A DNA stretch of 64,000 nt from an uncultured Clostridia bacterium (GCA_934757865.1 CAKVLS010000004.1:15981-79980), one strand, 5' to 3'; positions 9,222-19,498 are shown, counted from the first letter of the stretch. Notes: generated from the letters alone by a model not told the origin. Program-made: numbers and translations.

Positions 9222-9668
9222 TTATTTCATATTTTTCAAAAAGCTAATAAAAGTTTCGACATCCTTAAACTGTCTATATACAGCCGCAAATCTAATATAT
9301 GCTATCTCGTCCATCTTTTTAAGCTCGTCCATAACAAGTTCGCCGATATAACTAGATTTTACCTCTTGGTCAAGAGAGTTTTGAAGTGTTTTCAAAATCT
9401 CATTTACAGCGGTGTCTATCTGCGCCATAGTAACAGGTCTTTTTTCGCAAGCTTTGATAAATCCTCTTTTAATCTTTTGAGGGTCAAGAGGTTGTCTTGA
9501 GTTGTCGTTTTTGATAACCAAAATAGGTATCTCTTCTACTGTCTCGTATGTTGTAAAACGCTTGCCGCATTTTAGACACTCTCTTCTTCTTCTAATGCTA
9601 TTTAACTCATCTGTTGCTCTAGAATCTATTACTTTGCTATCGCCATAACCACAATATATACACTTCAT
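9222..9668 (-). CDS. nrdR: transcriptional repressor NrdR
   Basis: N-terminal zinc ribbon (MKCIYCG ... CLKCG) followed by an ATP-cone. 148 aa. Confidence 0.95.
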   Translation of the reverse strand: MKCIYCGYGDSKVIDSRATDELNSIRRRRECLKCGKRFTTYETVEEIPILVIKNDNSRQPLDPQKIKRGFIKACEKRPVTMAQIDTAVNEILKTLQNSLDQEVKSSYIGELVMDELKKMDEIAYIRFAAVYRQFKDVETFISFLKNMK

Positions 9669-9727
9669 TTGTTTTTTCCTCTATATGTAGTATATCAGTT
9701 ATTTTTTAACTAGTAAATTGATTTAGA

Positions 9728-10117
9728 TTATTTTTCGAGGTCTTCGTCTATTATTTTGCTTTTTAAGCTACTTGTATTCATATCTATAGGCTCAATAGGA
9801 GAGTTTTCTATAGAGGTGTTTTCCTTTTGCTTCGCTTCCAGCGTACAGACATTATCCTTGCATTTTTTGACTGGTGGAAGATTAAAAAGTTCAACAAGTA
9901 TTACATCATCGCCAATCTTACAAATATTCCTATACGGTATAAAAATATCTTGCCCAGACTTAAAAAAGCTAAAAAAAGATTTAGCCCCCGGAACTACTAG
10001 CCCCGTTACTCTACTCGTCCTTATATCCACTACCATATCTACTATATGCCCCAAGAGTCTGCCATCAACTATATTGATAACTTCTTTACACCTAAGGTCA
10101 AGAAAAGATGTCTCCAT
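9728..10117 (-). CDS. YlmC/YmxH-family sporulation protein (PRC-barrel)
   Basis: The DLRCKEVINIVDGRLLGHIVDMVVD segment is typical of the family. Sits directly downstream of sigG, as in other spore formers. Confidence 0.8.
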   Translation of the reverse strand: METSFLDLRCKEVINIVDGRLLGHIVDMVVDIRTSRVTGLVVPGAKSFFSFFKSGQDIFIPYRNICKIGDDVILVELFNLPPVKKCKDNVCTLEAKQKENTSIENSPIEPIDMNTSSLKSKIIDEDLEK

Positions 10118-10160
10118 ACAAGCTCCTATGGTATATAATATGACAAAATATCTAAATAAA

Positions 10161-10925
10161 TTACAAAGATTTTTTTAGCATTTCAAGAGCGTTCTTTTCT
10201 AGCCTTGAAACTTGCGCTTGACTTATACCTACAGACTCGGATATTTCTGTTTGAGTTTTGCCAAGAAAATATCTAAGTCTCAAAATCTCTTTTTCCCTCG
10301 TGCCTAGCTTTTCCATAGCTTCTTTTAGAGCGACATTTTCAAGCAGTTCTTCACAAGTATTTTTGTTATCACTAAGCTGTTCCATCACAAGCACTGTATC
10401 TATGCCGTCATTATATACCGGCTCATATAGGCTGACAGGGTCGGCTATTGCGTCTAGCGCAGACAAAACATCAATCACCGGAAGGTCAAGGTCTTTTGCT
10501 ATATCGTCAATAGATATGTCTTTGCCCATCTTAGAATATTTTTGGCGAGTAAGCAAAACTTTGTACGCAATATCTCTCAAACTTCTGCTAACCCTCACAC
10601 AAGTGCCCTCTCTAAGATAACGCCTTATCTCGCCTATAATCATAGGCACAGCATAAGTCGAAAACTTAACATTAAAACCCTCGTCAAAATTATCCATAGC
10701 TTTCATTAGTCCAACGCAGCCGACTTGAAAAATATCATCAATATTGTTACTGCTTGTACTAAATCTACTAACAATACTAAGTACAAGTCTCATATTGCCA
10801 CTAATAAAAAGGTCCCTTGCCTCTAAATCTCCACCTTTTAGCCTTGTCATAAGGCTTGCCATTTCTTTGCCCGAAAAATTAGGAAGGTCTGCAGTATTAA
10901 CGCCACAAATAACTACTCGTTTCAT
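10161..10925 (-). CDS. sigG: sporulation sigma factor sigma-G
   Basis: Very close to B. subtilis SigG as I recall it (ICGVNT, FQVGCVGLMKAMDNFD, FSTYAVPMIIGEIRRYLR, ISQAQVSRLEK). I moved the start from the track's GTG at 10937 to the ATG at 10925, because the candidate promoter would leave the GTG without a leader. Confidence 0.9.
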   Translation of the reverse strand: MKRVVICGVNTADLPNFSGKEMASLMTRLKGGDLEARDLFISGNMRLVLSIVSRFSTSSNNIDDIFQVGCVGLMKAMDNFDEGFNVKFSTYAVPMIIGEIRRYLREGTCVRVSRSLRDIAYKVLLTRQKYSKMGKDISIDDIAKDLDLPVIDVLSALDAIADPVSLYEPVYNDGIDTVLVMEQLSDNKNTCEELLENVALKEAMEKLGTREKEILRLRYFLGKTQTEISESVGISQAQVSRLEKNALEMLKKSL

Positions 10926-10945
10926 AAAATTACTCACTTTGTAGT

Positions 10946-10975
10946 TATTTTCCCCAATATACCAAAAAAATATGC
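10946..10975 (-). promoter_or_regulatory. candidate sigma-F/sigma-G type promoter of sigG
   Basis: Minus strand reads GCATA, 15 nt, GGGGAAAATA, against the sigma-F consensus GCATR-15-GGnRAYAMTW recalled from B. subtilis. Confidence 0.45.
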
Positions 10976-11051
10976 AAAAAAATCCCTAATTTACTAGGTA
11001 TGCTTAATCAAACATCTATCAAAAAACATAATTTATATATAAAATTATAAT

Positions 11052-11774
11052 TTATATTACTTTCCCTAAGTCCTTTTTGAGTTTGGCAAGAATTTTCTTC
11101 TCTATGCGTGATATGTAACTTTGGGATATGCCCATGCAGTCTGCAACTTCTTTTTGCGTAAGCTCGTCTTTTCCATTTAGTCCAAAACGCAAAGTCATAA
11201 TAGTCTGCTCTCTAAGGTGTAACTTACTTATAGCATCTTTTAATATTTGCTTTTCGGCACTAAGCTCAATATTTTTGCCAGTGCTCTCTCCCTCTGCAAC
11301 TAATATGTCCGCTAGCAATAGTTCGTTGCCGTCTTTATCAAAGTTTAGTGGCTCGTCAAGACTAACTTCTAGTTTTTGTTTGGTTACCTTTCTAAGATGC
11401 ATCAAAATTTCATTTTCAATACATCTTGAAGCGTAAGTCGCAAGCTTGATATTTTTTTCAAAGTTAAAAGTAGAAACTGCCTTGATAAGTCCAATAGAAC
11501 CTATTGACACTAGATCCTCAAGTTCCACACCAGTATTCTCAAACTTTTTGGCAATATAAATGACTAGTCTCAAATTTCTTTCGATAAGTGTAGACCTAGC
11601 ATTTTGGTCACCGGTAGACGCAAGTGCTATACACTCCCGCTCCTCACTCTCCGTTAGCGGCTCGGGCAAAACTTCTGTCCCGCAGATATACGCAACAAGC
11701 TTTTTTCTTGCACTTAATATATCTTTACTAAATAGCCTTCTAAAAAACATTTTAATTTTGCTAAAAATATTCAT
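11052..11774 (-). CDS. sigE: pro-sigma-E sporulation sigma factor
   Basis: N-terminal pro-sequence followed by YICGTEVLPEPLTESEE and sigma-70 regions 2 and 4. RBS GGAGGG. spoIIGA-sigE-sigG synteny. Confidence 0.9.
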   Translation of the reverse strand: MNIFSKIKMFFRRLFSKDILSARKKLVAYICGTEVLPEPLTESEERECIALASTGDQNARSTLIERNLRLVIYIAKKFENTGVELEDLVSIGSIGLIKAVSTFNFEKNIKLATYASRCIENEILMHLRKVTKQKLEVSLDEPLNFDKDGNELLLADILVAEGESTGKNIELSAEKQILKDAISKLHLREQTIMTLRFGLNGKDELTQKEVADCMGISQSYISRIEKKILAKLKKDLGKVI

Positions 11775-11867
11775 TTTACCCTCCGCTAAATTTTTCTTTA
11801 ATCATTAGTACATTTATGAATATTTTTTGTCTATCAAGCTAAATTTTGACTTATGTTGCAAATTTTA

Positions 11868-11935
11868 TCAATTATGACGCTTCATCAATTATGCTACTTA
11901 ATCTATTACGACACTTCATCTATTACAGACTTTTG
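11868..11935. repeat. four degenerate 17-bp tandem repeats in the spoIIGA-sigE spacer
   Basis: Units are TCAATTATGACGCTTCA, TCAATTATGCTACTTAA, TCTATTACGACACTTCA and TCTATTACAGACTTTTG. More degenerate ATCAAT-containing copies continue to about 11972. Confidence 0.7.
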
Positions 11936-11972
11936 TATCAATAAATTCATATCAATTTTCAAAATATCAATT

Positions 11973-12743
11973 TTAGTTAACCAGCATAACATTAAGTAGT
12001 GCCGAATACTCTCCAAAGTTGGCCCCAACTGATAGCCCCAAGAGACATTTTTTAGGACTTCCATCAACTAAGACCTCGTTTGGCTCAAATACTAACATTT
12101 TACTTTTTGTGCCGACAGAATTGTACTCCAAAAAGTGCGAGTTCTTAAGGCAAAAGTTTTTGCTGGCAAGATCAAAAAAGTTCACACCGGTAAGGTGCAA
12201 AAAAGTCTTATAATCAATTATCACTACCGGCAGTCCGCTAGTATCCTCTAAGGTATTGCCGCTATCTAGGTACGCCTTGCATCTATATGTATTGCTGTTA
12301 TAAGTTATAGTCACTTGATACTCAAATTTCTTTTGGCGTTTTATGTTATAAAAATGCTTTGACAAACAAAGCACAACAAGCGTGCTAAAAATAAGCGTCA
12401 AAACTCTCATCAAAAGTGCCCTATCCCCAAAGTTATCGGTTGCAACTTTTTTTGTGCCTAGGATAAAAATTATAAAGCAGAGATTGGTCAAAACCTTTGC
12501 TAAATATTTATTGCTACTTGTAACGAGTACGCCCAATATAACTACCAAAATTGTCAGCAATATTTCGCCAAAAAACGCAAGATTAAGTATAGGAATAGCC
12601 GCATATAGTATGCCGCCCAAGACGCCTAAAACTAGAGCTCTTATAAGAGCCTTATCACACAAAATTTTTGATGAAAGAAAGCTTGCCACAAAGAAAATCA
12701 CAAAGCCTTCTATTAGTAACGCTTCATATACTACCATATCCAA
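11973..12743 (-). CDS. spoIIGA: sigma-E processing peptidase SpoIIGA
   Basis: Five N-terminal TM helices, then the aspartic-protease motif YLDSGN. Located immediately upstream of sigE. Confidence 0.85.
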   Translation of the reverse strand: MDMVVYEALLIEGFVIFFVASFLSSKILCDKALIRALVLGVLGGILYAAIPILNLAFFGEILLTILVVILGVLVTSSNKYLAKVLTNLCFIIFILGTKKVATDNFGDRALLMRVLTLIFSTLVVLCLSKHFYNIKRQKKFEYQVTITYNSNTYRCKAYLDSGNTLEDTSGLPVVIIDYKTFLHLTGVNFFDLASKNFCLKNSHFLEYNSVGTKSKMLVFEPNEVLVDGSPKKCLLGLSVGANFGEYSALLNVMLVN

Positions 12744-12763
12744 ATTGTATGATATTTATAAGT

Positions 12764-12800
12764 CAAAAAAAAGACAAGTTTTAACTAAACTTGTCTTTTT
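12764..12800. terminator. terminator after ftsZ
   Basis: Stem AGACAAGTT (12772-12780) / AACTTGTCT (12788-12796). An 8-A run on the plus strand gives a U-run on the minus strand. Confidence 0.75.
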
Positions 12801-12829
12801 GTGTATTAAATAATTTTTAATTTTTATCC

Positions 12830-13999
12830 TTACTTGTTTTGCAATCTTCTAAGGAAAGGTGGAATATTGCTATCGTCAACTTTGATACGAGATGAGTTAG
12901 GAATAATATCTTCTGTTGGTCTTGCATTATTCATAAGTCTCTCTTCATAATCTTTTAGTTGATCTTCACTTGCAACTTGTCTCTTTGGCTCTTCTTCATG
13001 TTTTGCAGTGTTCATGATATTTTTTAGATCTCTTTGAGGTTCTTTTTGCTCTTTTCCGCCGCTAAAACCAGTAGCAATAACTGTAATTTCAACTTCGTCA
13101 CTAAATGCTTCATCAATACCAGCACCGAAGATAATGTTGCAGTCTGGGTCAACTACTTCTTTTACAAGAGCTACTGCCTCGTCAACTTCGTCAATAGCTA
13201 GGTCTAGTCCGCCCTTAACATTGATAAGTATACCAGTTGCGCCCTCAATTGTTGTTTCTAGTAGTGGGCTTTGGACAGCTTGTCTTACAGCCTCGATAGT
13301 TCTATTTTCATTCTTGCCTCTACCGATACCCATATGAGCAAGACCTTTGTTTTTCATGATAGATTTTACATCTGCGAAGTCTAGGTTAATTAGGCTAGGT
13401 ACTACGATAAGGTCAGATATACCTTGGATACCTTGTCTTAATACATCGTCTGCACATCTAAATGCCTCAACGATAGGTGTGCCCTTAGGTACGATACGAA
13501 GTAGTTTGTCATTAGGAATAATAACAAGTGTATCAACATATTTTTTAAGTTCGGCAATACCCTTTTCGGCATTTTCCATTCTTCTCTTGCCTTCGAAGTT
13601 AAATGGTTTAGTTACAACTGCGATTGTTAGTATGCCTAGTTCTTTTGCTATTTGAGCTACAACTGGAGCAGCACCTGTACCAGTTCCGCCGCCCATACCA
13701 GCAGTGATAAATGCAAGGTCACAATCTCTTAGCATCTCTGTCAAAACTTGTTTGCTCTCTTCAGCAGCTTTTTGACCAATCTCAGGCTCAGCACCTGCAC
13801 CAAGACCTTTTGTTAATTTTTCACCTATTTGAACTCTGTGAGTTGCCTTGCTCATAAGCAATGCTTGTTTATCTGTGTTGATTGCTACAAACTCAGCAGA
13901 TGTGATGTTGGCAGCTACCATTCTGTTTACGGCGTTGTTTCCGCCACCGCCGACACCTATAACTAAAATTTTTGCTACTTGACTAATGTTATTATTCAT
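12830..13999 (-). CDS. ftsZ: cell division protein FtsZ
   Basis: [10 protein letters not shown] and the tubulin signature [10 protein letters not shown]. Confidence 0.97.
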   Translation of the reverse strand: MNNNISQVAKILVIGVGGGGNNAVNRMVAANITSAEFVAINTDKQALLMSKATHRVQIGEKLTKGLGAGAEPEIGQKAAEESKQVLTEMLRDCDLAFITAGMGGGTGTGAAPVVAQIAKELGILTIAVVTKPFNFEGKRRMENAEKGIAELKKYVDTLVIIPNDKLLRIVPKGTPIVEAFRCADDVLRQGIQGISDLIVVPSLINLDFADVKSIMKNKGLAHMGIGRGKNENRTIEAVRQAVQSPLLETTIEGATGILINVKGGLDLAIDEVDEAVALVKEVVDPDCNIIFGAGIDEAFSDEVEITVIATGFSGGKEQKEPQRDLKNIMNTAKHEEEPKRQVASEDQLKDYEERLMNNARPTEDIIPNSSRIKVDDSNIPPFLRRLQNK

Positions 14000-14009
14000 A
14001 ATGTATCTC

Positions 14010-15182
14010 CTATCTGTTAATAAATGCTCTTAATTTTGCAAAGAAACCTTTTGGTTTTCTTAATTTTTCTTGTTTTAGTGCAATGTCCAAAAGTCCTATA
14101 CTTGAAGAATTGTGAGGTTTATTTAGTTGTGGTATAGGTGGAACAACTATCTCAACATTCATACCAAGGTATTTGGCTAATAAATCTTTTGCACCTTTTA
14201 GGTAACAAAGTCCGCCACCAGTAAGTGAAATAGGTATGTAGTGAGGATATTCAAACTTACATGCGTTAAGGCACTTCAAAATATTTTTTGCTATCTCTTC
14301 TATTCTGCACTCTACTATCTCGCCGGCAGTTTTTGCAGAAATAGGAACTACTCCGTCCTCAGTTGCGACCTCATACATATCGTTACTGCCTGGATCTATA
14401 GAAAGCACGATTTTTCGTTTAAGTGACTCTGCCTCTGCGAATGTAATCTTAAGGCACTGCATAAGGTCAGCAGTAATATGTCCGCCACCCATCGAAAAGC
14501 TAGAAAGTGAAAGTATACCATCACCTCTAACAAGTGCAACTGTCGTAGTAATATATCCGCAGTCGACCAAGATAGCATATCTATCTCTAGTCTCTTCATC
14601 GAACAAATACTTAGCCTCAGCAAGTGCTGATGAAACATAAGTTGCTCTTGTGATAGATAGGTCTACCAAGAATTTTTCGATAAGCGAAATAAAACTATTC
14701 TCAGCCAAAATGTATGACATACAAGCAGTAATCTTGTTAGTCGCAAGACCTAGTGGATTAGTAACTTTTCCGTTATCGTCTAGTATGTAGTATATAGCCG
14801 ATTGGTTAATCACTGTGTGAGTTTTGTATTTGCCAAAGTCATTGCCCATAGCAAATAGTTCGTTGATGTCATCTTGAGTTACCATCTTGACCCTAGGAAA
14901 AGTCAAACTTGCGGTATTACAAACGCAAAATGAAAACTCGGTAGGAACACCAATATAAAGCTCTTTTATTTCAGTCTTTGAGTTAATCTCAGCATTGTTA
15001 ATTGCTAGTCCCATAGCTAGTTTTAGGTTCTCGGGTTCAAGGAATTTCCCGTCCATAAAGCCAGCATATTCGCTCTCGCCAACGCCTTTTATCGCAAAGG
15101 TGTTATTGACATCTTCTGAGCCAATAATTACTGAAATTTTTTCTGAGCCAAAATCTAAAATTGCAACATCTTTTTTTGCCAT
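14010..15182 (-). CDS. ftsA: cell division protein FtsA
   Basis: Actin-like ATPase directly upstream of ftsZ. Has a C-terminal amphipathic helix, [12 protein letters not shown]. Confidence 0.85.
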   Translation of the reverse strand: MAKKDVAILDFGSEKISVIIGSEDVNNTFAIKGVGESEYAGFMDGKFLEPENLKLAMGLAINNAEINSKTEIKELYIGVPTEFSFCVCNTASLTFPRVKMVTQDDINELFAMGNDFGKYKTHTVINQSAIYYILDDNGKVTNPLGLATNKITACMSYILAENSFISLIEKFLVDLSITRATYVSSALAEAKYLFDEETRDRYAILVDCGYITTTVALVRGDGILSLSSFSMGGGHITADLMQCLKITFAEAESLKRKIVLSIDPGSNDMYEVATEDGVVPISAKTAGEIVECRIEEIAKNILKCLNACKFEYPHYIPISLTGGGLCYLKGAKDLLAKYLGMNVEIVVPPIPQLNKPHNSSSIGLLDIALKQEKLRKPKGFFAKLRAFINR

Positions 15183-15208
15183 TTGACCACCTTATTCAAT
15201 ATATAAAT

Positions 15209-15237
15209 ATTATAATATTTAATATTTTTATAGTCAA
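15209..15237 (-). promoter_or_regulatory. sigma-A promoter of ftsA-ftsZ
   Basis: Minus strand reads TTGACT (15237-15232), 17 nt, TATAAT (15214-15209). Confidence 0.6.
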
Positions 15238-15282
15238 ATTATTGAGCGTCATTTCCTAAAAATATTTTATGGCACAAAATAT

Positions 15283-15311
15283 AAAAAAATAAGGCTAAAA
15301 ATTAGCCTTAT
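15283..15311 (-). terminator. terminator after the ftsQ-like gene
   Basis: Stem ATAAGGCTAA / TTAGCCTTAT with a 3-nt loop, then a U-run on the minus strand. Confidence 0.7.
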
Positions 15312-15313
15312 CG

Positions 15314-16186
15314 TTAGTTGCTAGAAGTATTTCCGGTAGAATCAACATACGCACCGGTTAGGTTGTCGTATATTTTGATTGTTCCAGAACGAGACTTGAC
15401 ACTGCCCTCTGCTAAGTACTTACTATATATGCTTAGAGCTTTGTTTAGTTTGCTCTCAAAGTTTGCGTTGATGTTTTCAACTTCAATCTTTACGCCGGCC
15501 ATAGTAGAGTCGTCTGCGTTGTATACTCTTGTTTGAATTATTAAGTTAGGGCTCTTAGATTGTGGAGAGCCTGCCATATATTTATTTTCTATTATTACGC
15601 TCTCAAAGTTTTTGATAGAAGCCTCATTGTTGTATCTATTAGCGCCAAATTCGCTACCCAATTTTTTAAGAACTTTTATCTCGTTTTCGCCTGTCAAGAA
15701 TTGACCTTTTTTAGCATCATTAAGGCCTAGGCCTCTAAGTGCTATATAATCAAATTTGTTAACAGAATCTTTTATATCAAGGATTTTTAGCTCGCTGTCA
15801 CATATTGCTACTTGACCGCTTGCCAAAGTTATGCAGTATGTTTCTACTCTTTCCCTTGCTTTGATTTTGAATCCATCAGGGAAGGTCGCACTAATACCTA
15901 TTACTTTTATATATGGGAATTTCGCCTCTATCTTGTCGATGCTAGGTTGTTTTCTGATAAGGAAAATATTTTTTCCCATCTTAAACTCACCGCTATCAAT
16001 GATATCCTGAGTGTCTCCCTCGGTAAAGTGTTTTAGTCCCGCCTCATAATCTTCTATCAAATTGTTGTTACTATCGTAAAAACACAATTCGACATTTCTT
16101 AGAGTGAAGACAGTGGAAGATAGGATAACAACAACGACAATAACAAGCAAAACTATAAATAGTTTTAATAGCCTTCTCTTTTTCAT
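15314..16186 (-). CDS. FtsQ/DivIB-like cell division protein
   Basis: N-terminal TM helix and an extracytoplasmic domain. The call rests mainly on its murA-X-ftsA position; no sharp motif was seen. Confidence 0.5.
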   Translation of the reverse strand: MKKRRLLKLFIVLLVIVVVVILSSTVFTLRNVELCFYDSNNNLIEDYEAGLKHFTEGDTQDIIDSGEFKMGKNIFLIRKQPSIDKIEAKFPYIKVIGISATFPDGFKIKARERVETYCITLASGQVAICDSELKILDIKDSVNKFDYIALRGLGLNDAKKGQFLTGENEIKVLKKLGSEFGANRYNNEASIKNFESVIIENKYMAGSPQSKSPNLIIQTRVYNADDSTMAGVKIEVENINANFESKLNKALSIYSKYLAEGSVKSRSGTIKIYDNLTGAYVDSTGNTSSN

Positions 16187-16194
16187 TTTTTTTG

Positions 16195-17448
16195 TTATGA
16201 TAACCTCTTTATATCTGCTCCTAGGCTAGATAAAGTATCTTCTAGTTTGTAATACCCTCTATCTATATGCCTAATATCATTAACAGTCGTATAGCCCTCT
16301 GCTACAAGCCCTGCAATGGTAAGCGCAGCTCCGCCTCTTAAGTCGTGAGCTTCAACCTCAGCTCCAAACAATTTTTCTACGCCATCAACTATTGCTACTC
16401 TGTCTTTTACTTTGATTTTAGCTCCCATTTTGATAAGTTCCGGTACATGCTTGTACCTAGACTCAAATAGGTTCTCCGTAAAGACGCAAGTGCCTTCGCT
16501 GATTGTAGATAGCACCATCGTTTGTGGTTGAAGGTCGGTAGGAAAGCCCGGATACGGCATAGTATCTATGCAGCCTAGACTTTTAAGCCTACTATCACTT
16601 ACTAACTTTATTCTATCACTTTGACAGGATATTTTGCAACTATTATTACTAAGTTTTGTGACAAGAGATGCAATATGCGGCATATTTACACCATTTAAGA
16701 CTATTTCTCCGCCACACGCAGCACCAGCTATTAGGTAAGTACCGGCGATAATTCTATCTGGTATAGGCGTATATTCTGTTCCGCCTAAGTTCTCTACGCC
16801 AACGATTGTGATAACATTAGAGCCTGCACCACTGACCTTACCGCCCATACTATTTATAAAGTTTTGCAAGTCGACAATCTCAGGCTCTTTGGCTGGGTTG
16901 TAGATAATTGTAGTACCTTTGGCAAGAACTCCAGCCATCATAATATTTTCTGTTGCTCCAACGCTTGGATAGTCCAAGTGTACACTTCCCCCAACAAGCC
17001 CCTTGCCGTCACATTCTATAAATCCGTGTTTTTCCTTTATCTCAGCACCTATTGTTTTAAGCCCTTTTAGATGAAGGTCAATTGGTCTTGTGCCTATTTC
17101 GCACCCACCGGGGTAACATACTTTTGCTTTTTTTAGTTTACTAAGTATCGCCCCTAGCAAAAAAATCGAAGACCTAATCTCGCATGCAAGTTCTTTTGGC
17201 ACTTCGTAATTATTGGCGTTTTTTGTGTCTATTATAACAGTATCGCCTTTTATATCAACTTTTGCACCAAGGCTTTTTAGAATCTCAAGCATTTTTAAGA
17301 CATCTACAAACATTGGCACATTATGTAAAATTATTTCTCCACGGCTAAGCATACAGCCAGCCAAAATAGCAAGATAAGCGTTTTTTGCGCAAGGAATATC
17401 TACCTCCCCAAAAAGCTTTCTCCCGCCCTTTATCAAAAATTTTTCCAT
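16195..17448 (-). CDS. murA: UDP-N-acetylglucosamine 1-carboxyvinyltransferase MurA
   Basis: Active-site segment YPGGCEIGTRPIDLH. Start trimmed to the ATG at 17448, which is preceded by GGGAGAGG; the track's extra 21 codons are AT-rich leader. Confidence 0.92.
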   Translation of the reverse strand: MEKFLIKGGRKLFGEVDIPCAKNAYLAILAGCMLSRGEIILHNVPMFVDVLKMLEILKSLGAKVDIKGDTVIIDTKNANNYEVPKELACEIRSSIFLLGAILSKLKKAKVCYPGGCEIGTRPIDLHLKGLKTIGAEIKEKHGFIECDGKGLVGGSVHLDYPSVGATENIMMAGVLAKGTTIIYNPAKEPEIVDLQNFINSMGGKVSGAGSNVITIVGVENLGGTEYTPIPDRIIAGTYLIAGAACGGEIVLNGVNMPHIASLVTKLSNNSCKISCQSDRIKLVSDSRLKSLGCIDTMPYPGFPTDLQPQTMVLSTISEGTCVFTENLFESRYKHVPELIKMGAKIKVKDRVAIVDGVEKLFGAEVEAHDLRGGAALTIAGLVAEGYTTVNDIRHIDRGYYKLEDTLSSLGADIKRLS

Positions 17449-17542
17449 ACCTCTCCCAAAATAAATATAATTTATTAGATTAAAATATTTAATGCTTATG
17501 TATATATACATTTTATGGTCAAAATCTTTTCTTTGTTACAGC

Positions 17543-17579
17543 AAAAAAATAACTGCTAATTTATAGCAGTCTATTTTTT
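17543..17579. terminator. terminator after the HIT gene
   Basis: Stem ACTGCTA (17552-17558) / TAGCAGT (17564-17570), with A- and T-runs on both sides. Confidence 0.65.
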
Positions 17580-17596
17580 AGTTATAATATAAATAT

Positions 17597-18112
17597 CTAA
17601 TTAGATTTATTTAGTTTTGATGCATATTCACTAATTTTTTGCTTAACTAAAGCCATTTTTTTAGCATCGTAAACATAGTCTTTCCTTGGCTTTACAAAGT
17701 TTTTTGAGCCTCTTTGTTCAAAATTGTATCTTGGAATAAGCTGTATATGATAATGATTCATAGGCCCGTCAGACATGGTACACAAATAAACTCTCTCACA
17801 CCCAAAAACTTCGCACAAAATTTTCATAAACTGTTTAGCAAAACAAATTATCTTTTTGTTCACCCTATCAGAGCACTCAGACAAATCATGAAAATGCTTT
17901 TTTGTGGCTATCATCATATGTCCATCTGCCCTAGGATTGGCGACAAATAAACAAGCAATATCTTTATCATCAAATATTTCCAAGTTACTTTCGTCCCCAT
18001 AAACATGTCCGTTAGTTGCTTTATTAAAGCAGTATGGACAAATGCCCGCATCTACAAGCTCTGCCGGAGAGTAATCATAATATTTTTTAATTTGTTCTTT
18101 TAAATATTTCAT
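17597..18112 (-). CDS. HIT-superfamily nucleotide hydrolase/transferase with an HxHxQ motif
   Basis: Has HYHIQLIPR, where the third His of the HIT triad is Gln, as in the GalT/Ap4A-phosphorylase branch. Also has an N-terminal CPYC. Confidence 0.65.
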   Translation of the reverse strand: MKYLKEQIKKYYDYSPAELVDAGICPYCFNKATNGHVYGDESNLEIFDDKDIACLFVANPRADGHMMIATKKHFHDLSECSDRVNKKIICFAKQFMKILCEVFGCERVYLCTMSDGPMNHYHIQLIPRYNFEQRGSKNFVKPRKDYVYDAKKMALVKQKISEYASKLNKSN

Positions 18113-18304
18113 TTTTTGCCACCTACCTAAATTTATTTCATAAAATATTTTATATTATTTTTTATTTTATGCCAACATATTTAATACTTTTTTTTAATTT
18201 ATATAAACATATTGAAATTTATTTTTTGCAATATTTTCTTTATCTACTAGATATCTAATTTTTATTTTTGGACAATAAATGATAATTTTCGTTTATATAG
18301 ACAT

Positions 18305-18336
18305 CAAAAAAAACAGAGGTTTTATCTCTGTTTTTA
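18305..18336 (-). terminator. terminator after ftsW/spoVE
   Basis: Stem ACAGAG (18313-18318) / CTCTGT (18326-18331), followed by 8 U on the minus strand. Confidence 0.75.
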
Positions 18337-18340
18337 TAAA

Positions 18341-19498
18341 TTATATAGGTTTTAATTTAGTTTTTTTTACATTTAATATTTGGCTCTCGCCTTTATTCTT
18401 TGCGATATTAAGCAAAATACCTATTGCACTCATAAGTACAATAAGGGAGCTACTGCCTGCCGAGATAAAAGGTAGTGGCAGACCTGTAGGCGGGATTGAA
18501 CCTGTGACTACCGCAATGTTGACTAGCACTTGTATTGATATCAGTGCCGTGATGCCAGTCGCAAGATAAGCGCCAAATAAACAATCGGCAGATTTTGCAA
18601 TCTTTATGCCACATATAAGTATGGTTATGAATAATAACATTAACCCAAGCACGCCAATAAATCCTAATTCTTCGCATATAACTGCAAATATAAAGTCACT
18701 CTCAGCAAACGGCAAAAACAGGTATTTTTGGCGTGAGTTAAATAACCCTACCCCAAACAGTCCGCCCGAGCCTAAACTATATAGCGATTGAACGAGCTGA
18801 TACCCTTCGCCCTTTGGGTTTGCCCATGGGTCGATAAACGCAAGTAATCTTTTAAGTCTATAAGGTTCGATGATTATAAGCACGGGCACAAGGCATGCCG
18901 CAGGTATACATATTATCAAAAAATGTTTCAAGCTGATGCCACCCACAAAAAGCATGGTAAGCATAACAAGTCCTGTGCAAATAGTTATTGACATATTTGG
19001 TTCCATAAGTATAAGTACACAAATGATACCACCAAAAATGCAAATAGGAAGTATACCCTTAAAAGTTTTTATCTTATCTCTACTTTTGCTAAGATATGCC
19101 GCAGTAAAAACTATGTAGCAAAACTTTGATATTTCGCTTGCCTGAATAGTAAACCCTGGGAGCCTTATCCATCGCCTTGCGCCATAGTTTTCGACTCCAA
19201 TGCCAGGTATAAGAACAACAATAAGCAAAATAATACCCACGCAAAGAATAGGAACAGCAAGTTTTTTGAGTTTGTGATAGTCAAAAAACGAAAAGCCTAT
19301 CATTGCAGCCGCACCAATACATACGCCAATTATCTGTTTAGTCAAAAAGTGCTTGCTATCGCCATAAACAACATTTGCCGAATACGAACTTGCCGAGTAC
19401 ACCATCACGCACCCAAACACCGCAAGAGAGATGACAACTATTGCAAGAATTATGCTGACTTTTTTGCTTTTAGCCCCTAAAAAGAACATATTCTTCAA
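18341..19498 (-). CDS. ftsW: SEDS-family peptidoglycan polymerase FtsW/SpoVE
   Basis: Ten-TM FtsW/RodA/SpoVE-type protein following murD in the dcw cluster. Confidence 0.85.
   Translation of the reverse strand: MKNMFFLGAKSKKVSIILAIVVISLAVFGCVMVYSASSYSANVVYGDSKHFLTKQIIGVCIGAAAMIGFSFFDYHKLKKLAVPILCVGIILLIVVLIPGIGVENYGARRWIRLPGFTIQASEISKFCYIVFTAAYLSKSRDKIKTFKGILPICIFGGIICVLILMEPNMSITICTGLVMLTMLFVGGISLKHFLIICIPAACLVPVLIIIEPYRLKRLLAFIDPWANPKGEGYQLVQSLYSLGSGGLFGVGLFNSRQKYLFLPFAESDFIFAVICEELGFIGVLGLMLLFITILICGIKIAKSADCLFGAYLATGITALISIQVLVNIAVVTGSIPPTGLPLPFISAGSSSLIVLMSAIGILLNIAKNKGESQILNVKKTKLKPI

Noticed and set aside
11868-11935. Whether the 17-bp tandem repeats could be a CRISPR array
   Set aside because: The units are contiguous with no spacers, far shorter than CRISPR repeats, degenerate, and no cas genes are in the window.
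12744-12800. TTGACT immediately after the ftsZ terminator as the spoIIGA promoter
   Set aside because: The only -10-like hexamer (TACAAT) is 11 nt away, which is far too short a spacer. It would also leave a leader of only about 6 nt. I could not support a promoter call here, so spoIIGA may depend on read-through or on an element I cannot see.
17449-17511. N-terminal extensions given by the ORF track for murA, and likewise murE, mraZ, clpX, tig, the AcnX small subunit, the MBL hydrolase, the SDR, sigG and the esterase
   Set aside because: In each case an internal ATG is preceded by a good Shine-Dalgarno sequence at 5-9 nt, and the mature N-terminus matches the family. The extra codons are AT-rich leader, or TTG/GTG codons inside the RBS.
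18113-18304. A very AT-rich 190-bp spacer upstream of the HIT gene, as a possible small RNA or mobile remnant
   Set aside because: It has no inverted terminal repeats, no hairpin other than the ftsW terminator, and no ORF. It looks like ordinary promoter-region DNA.
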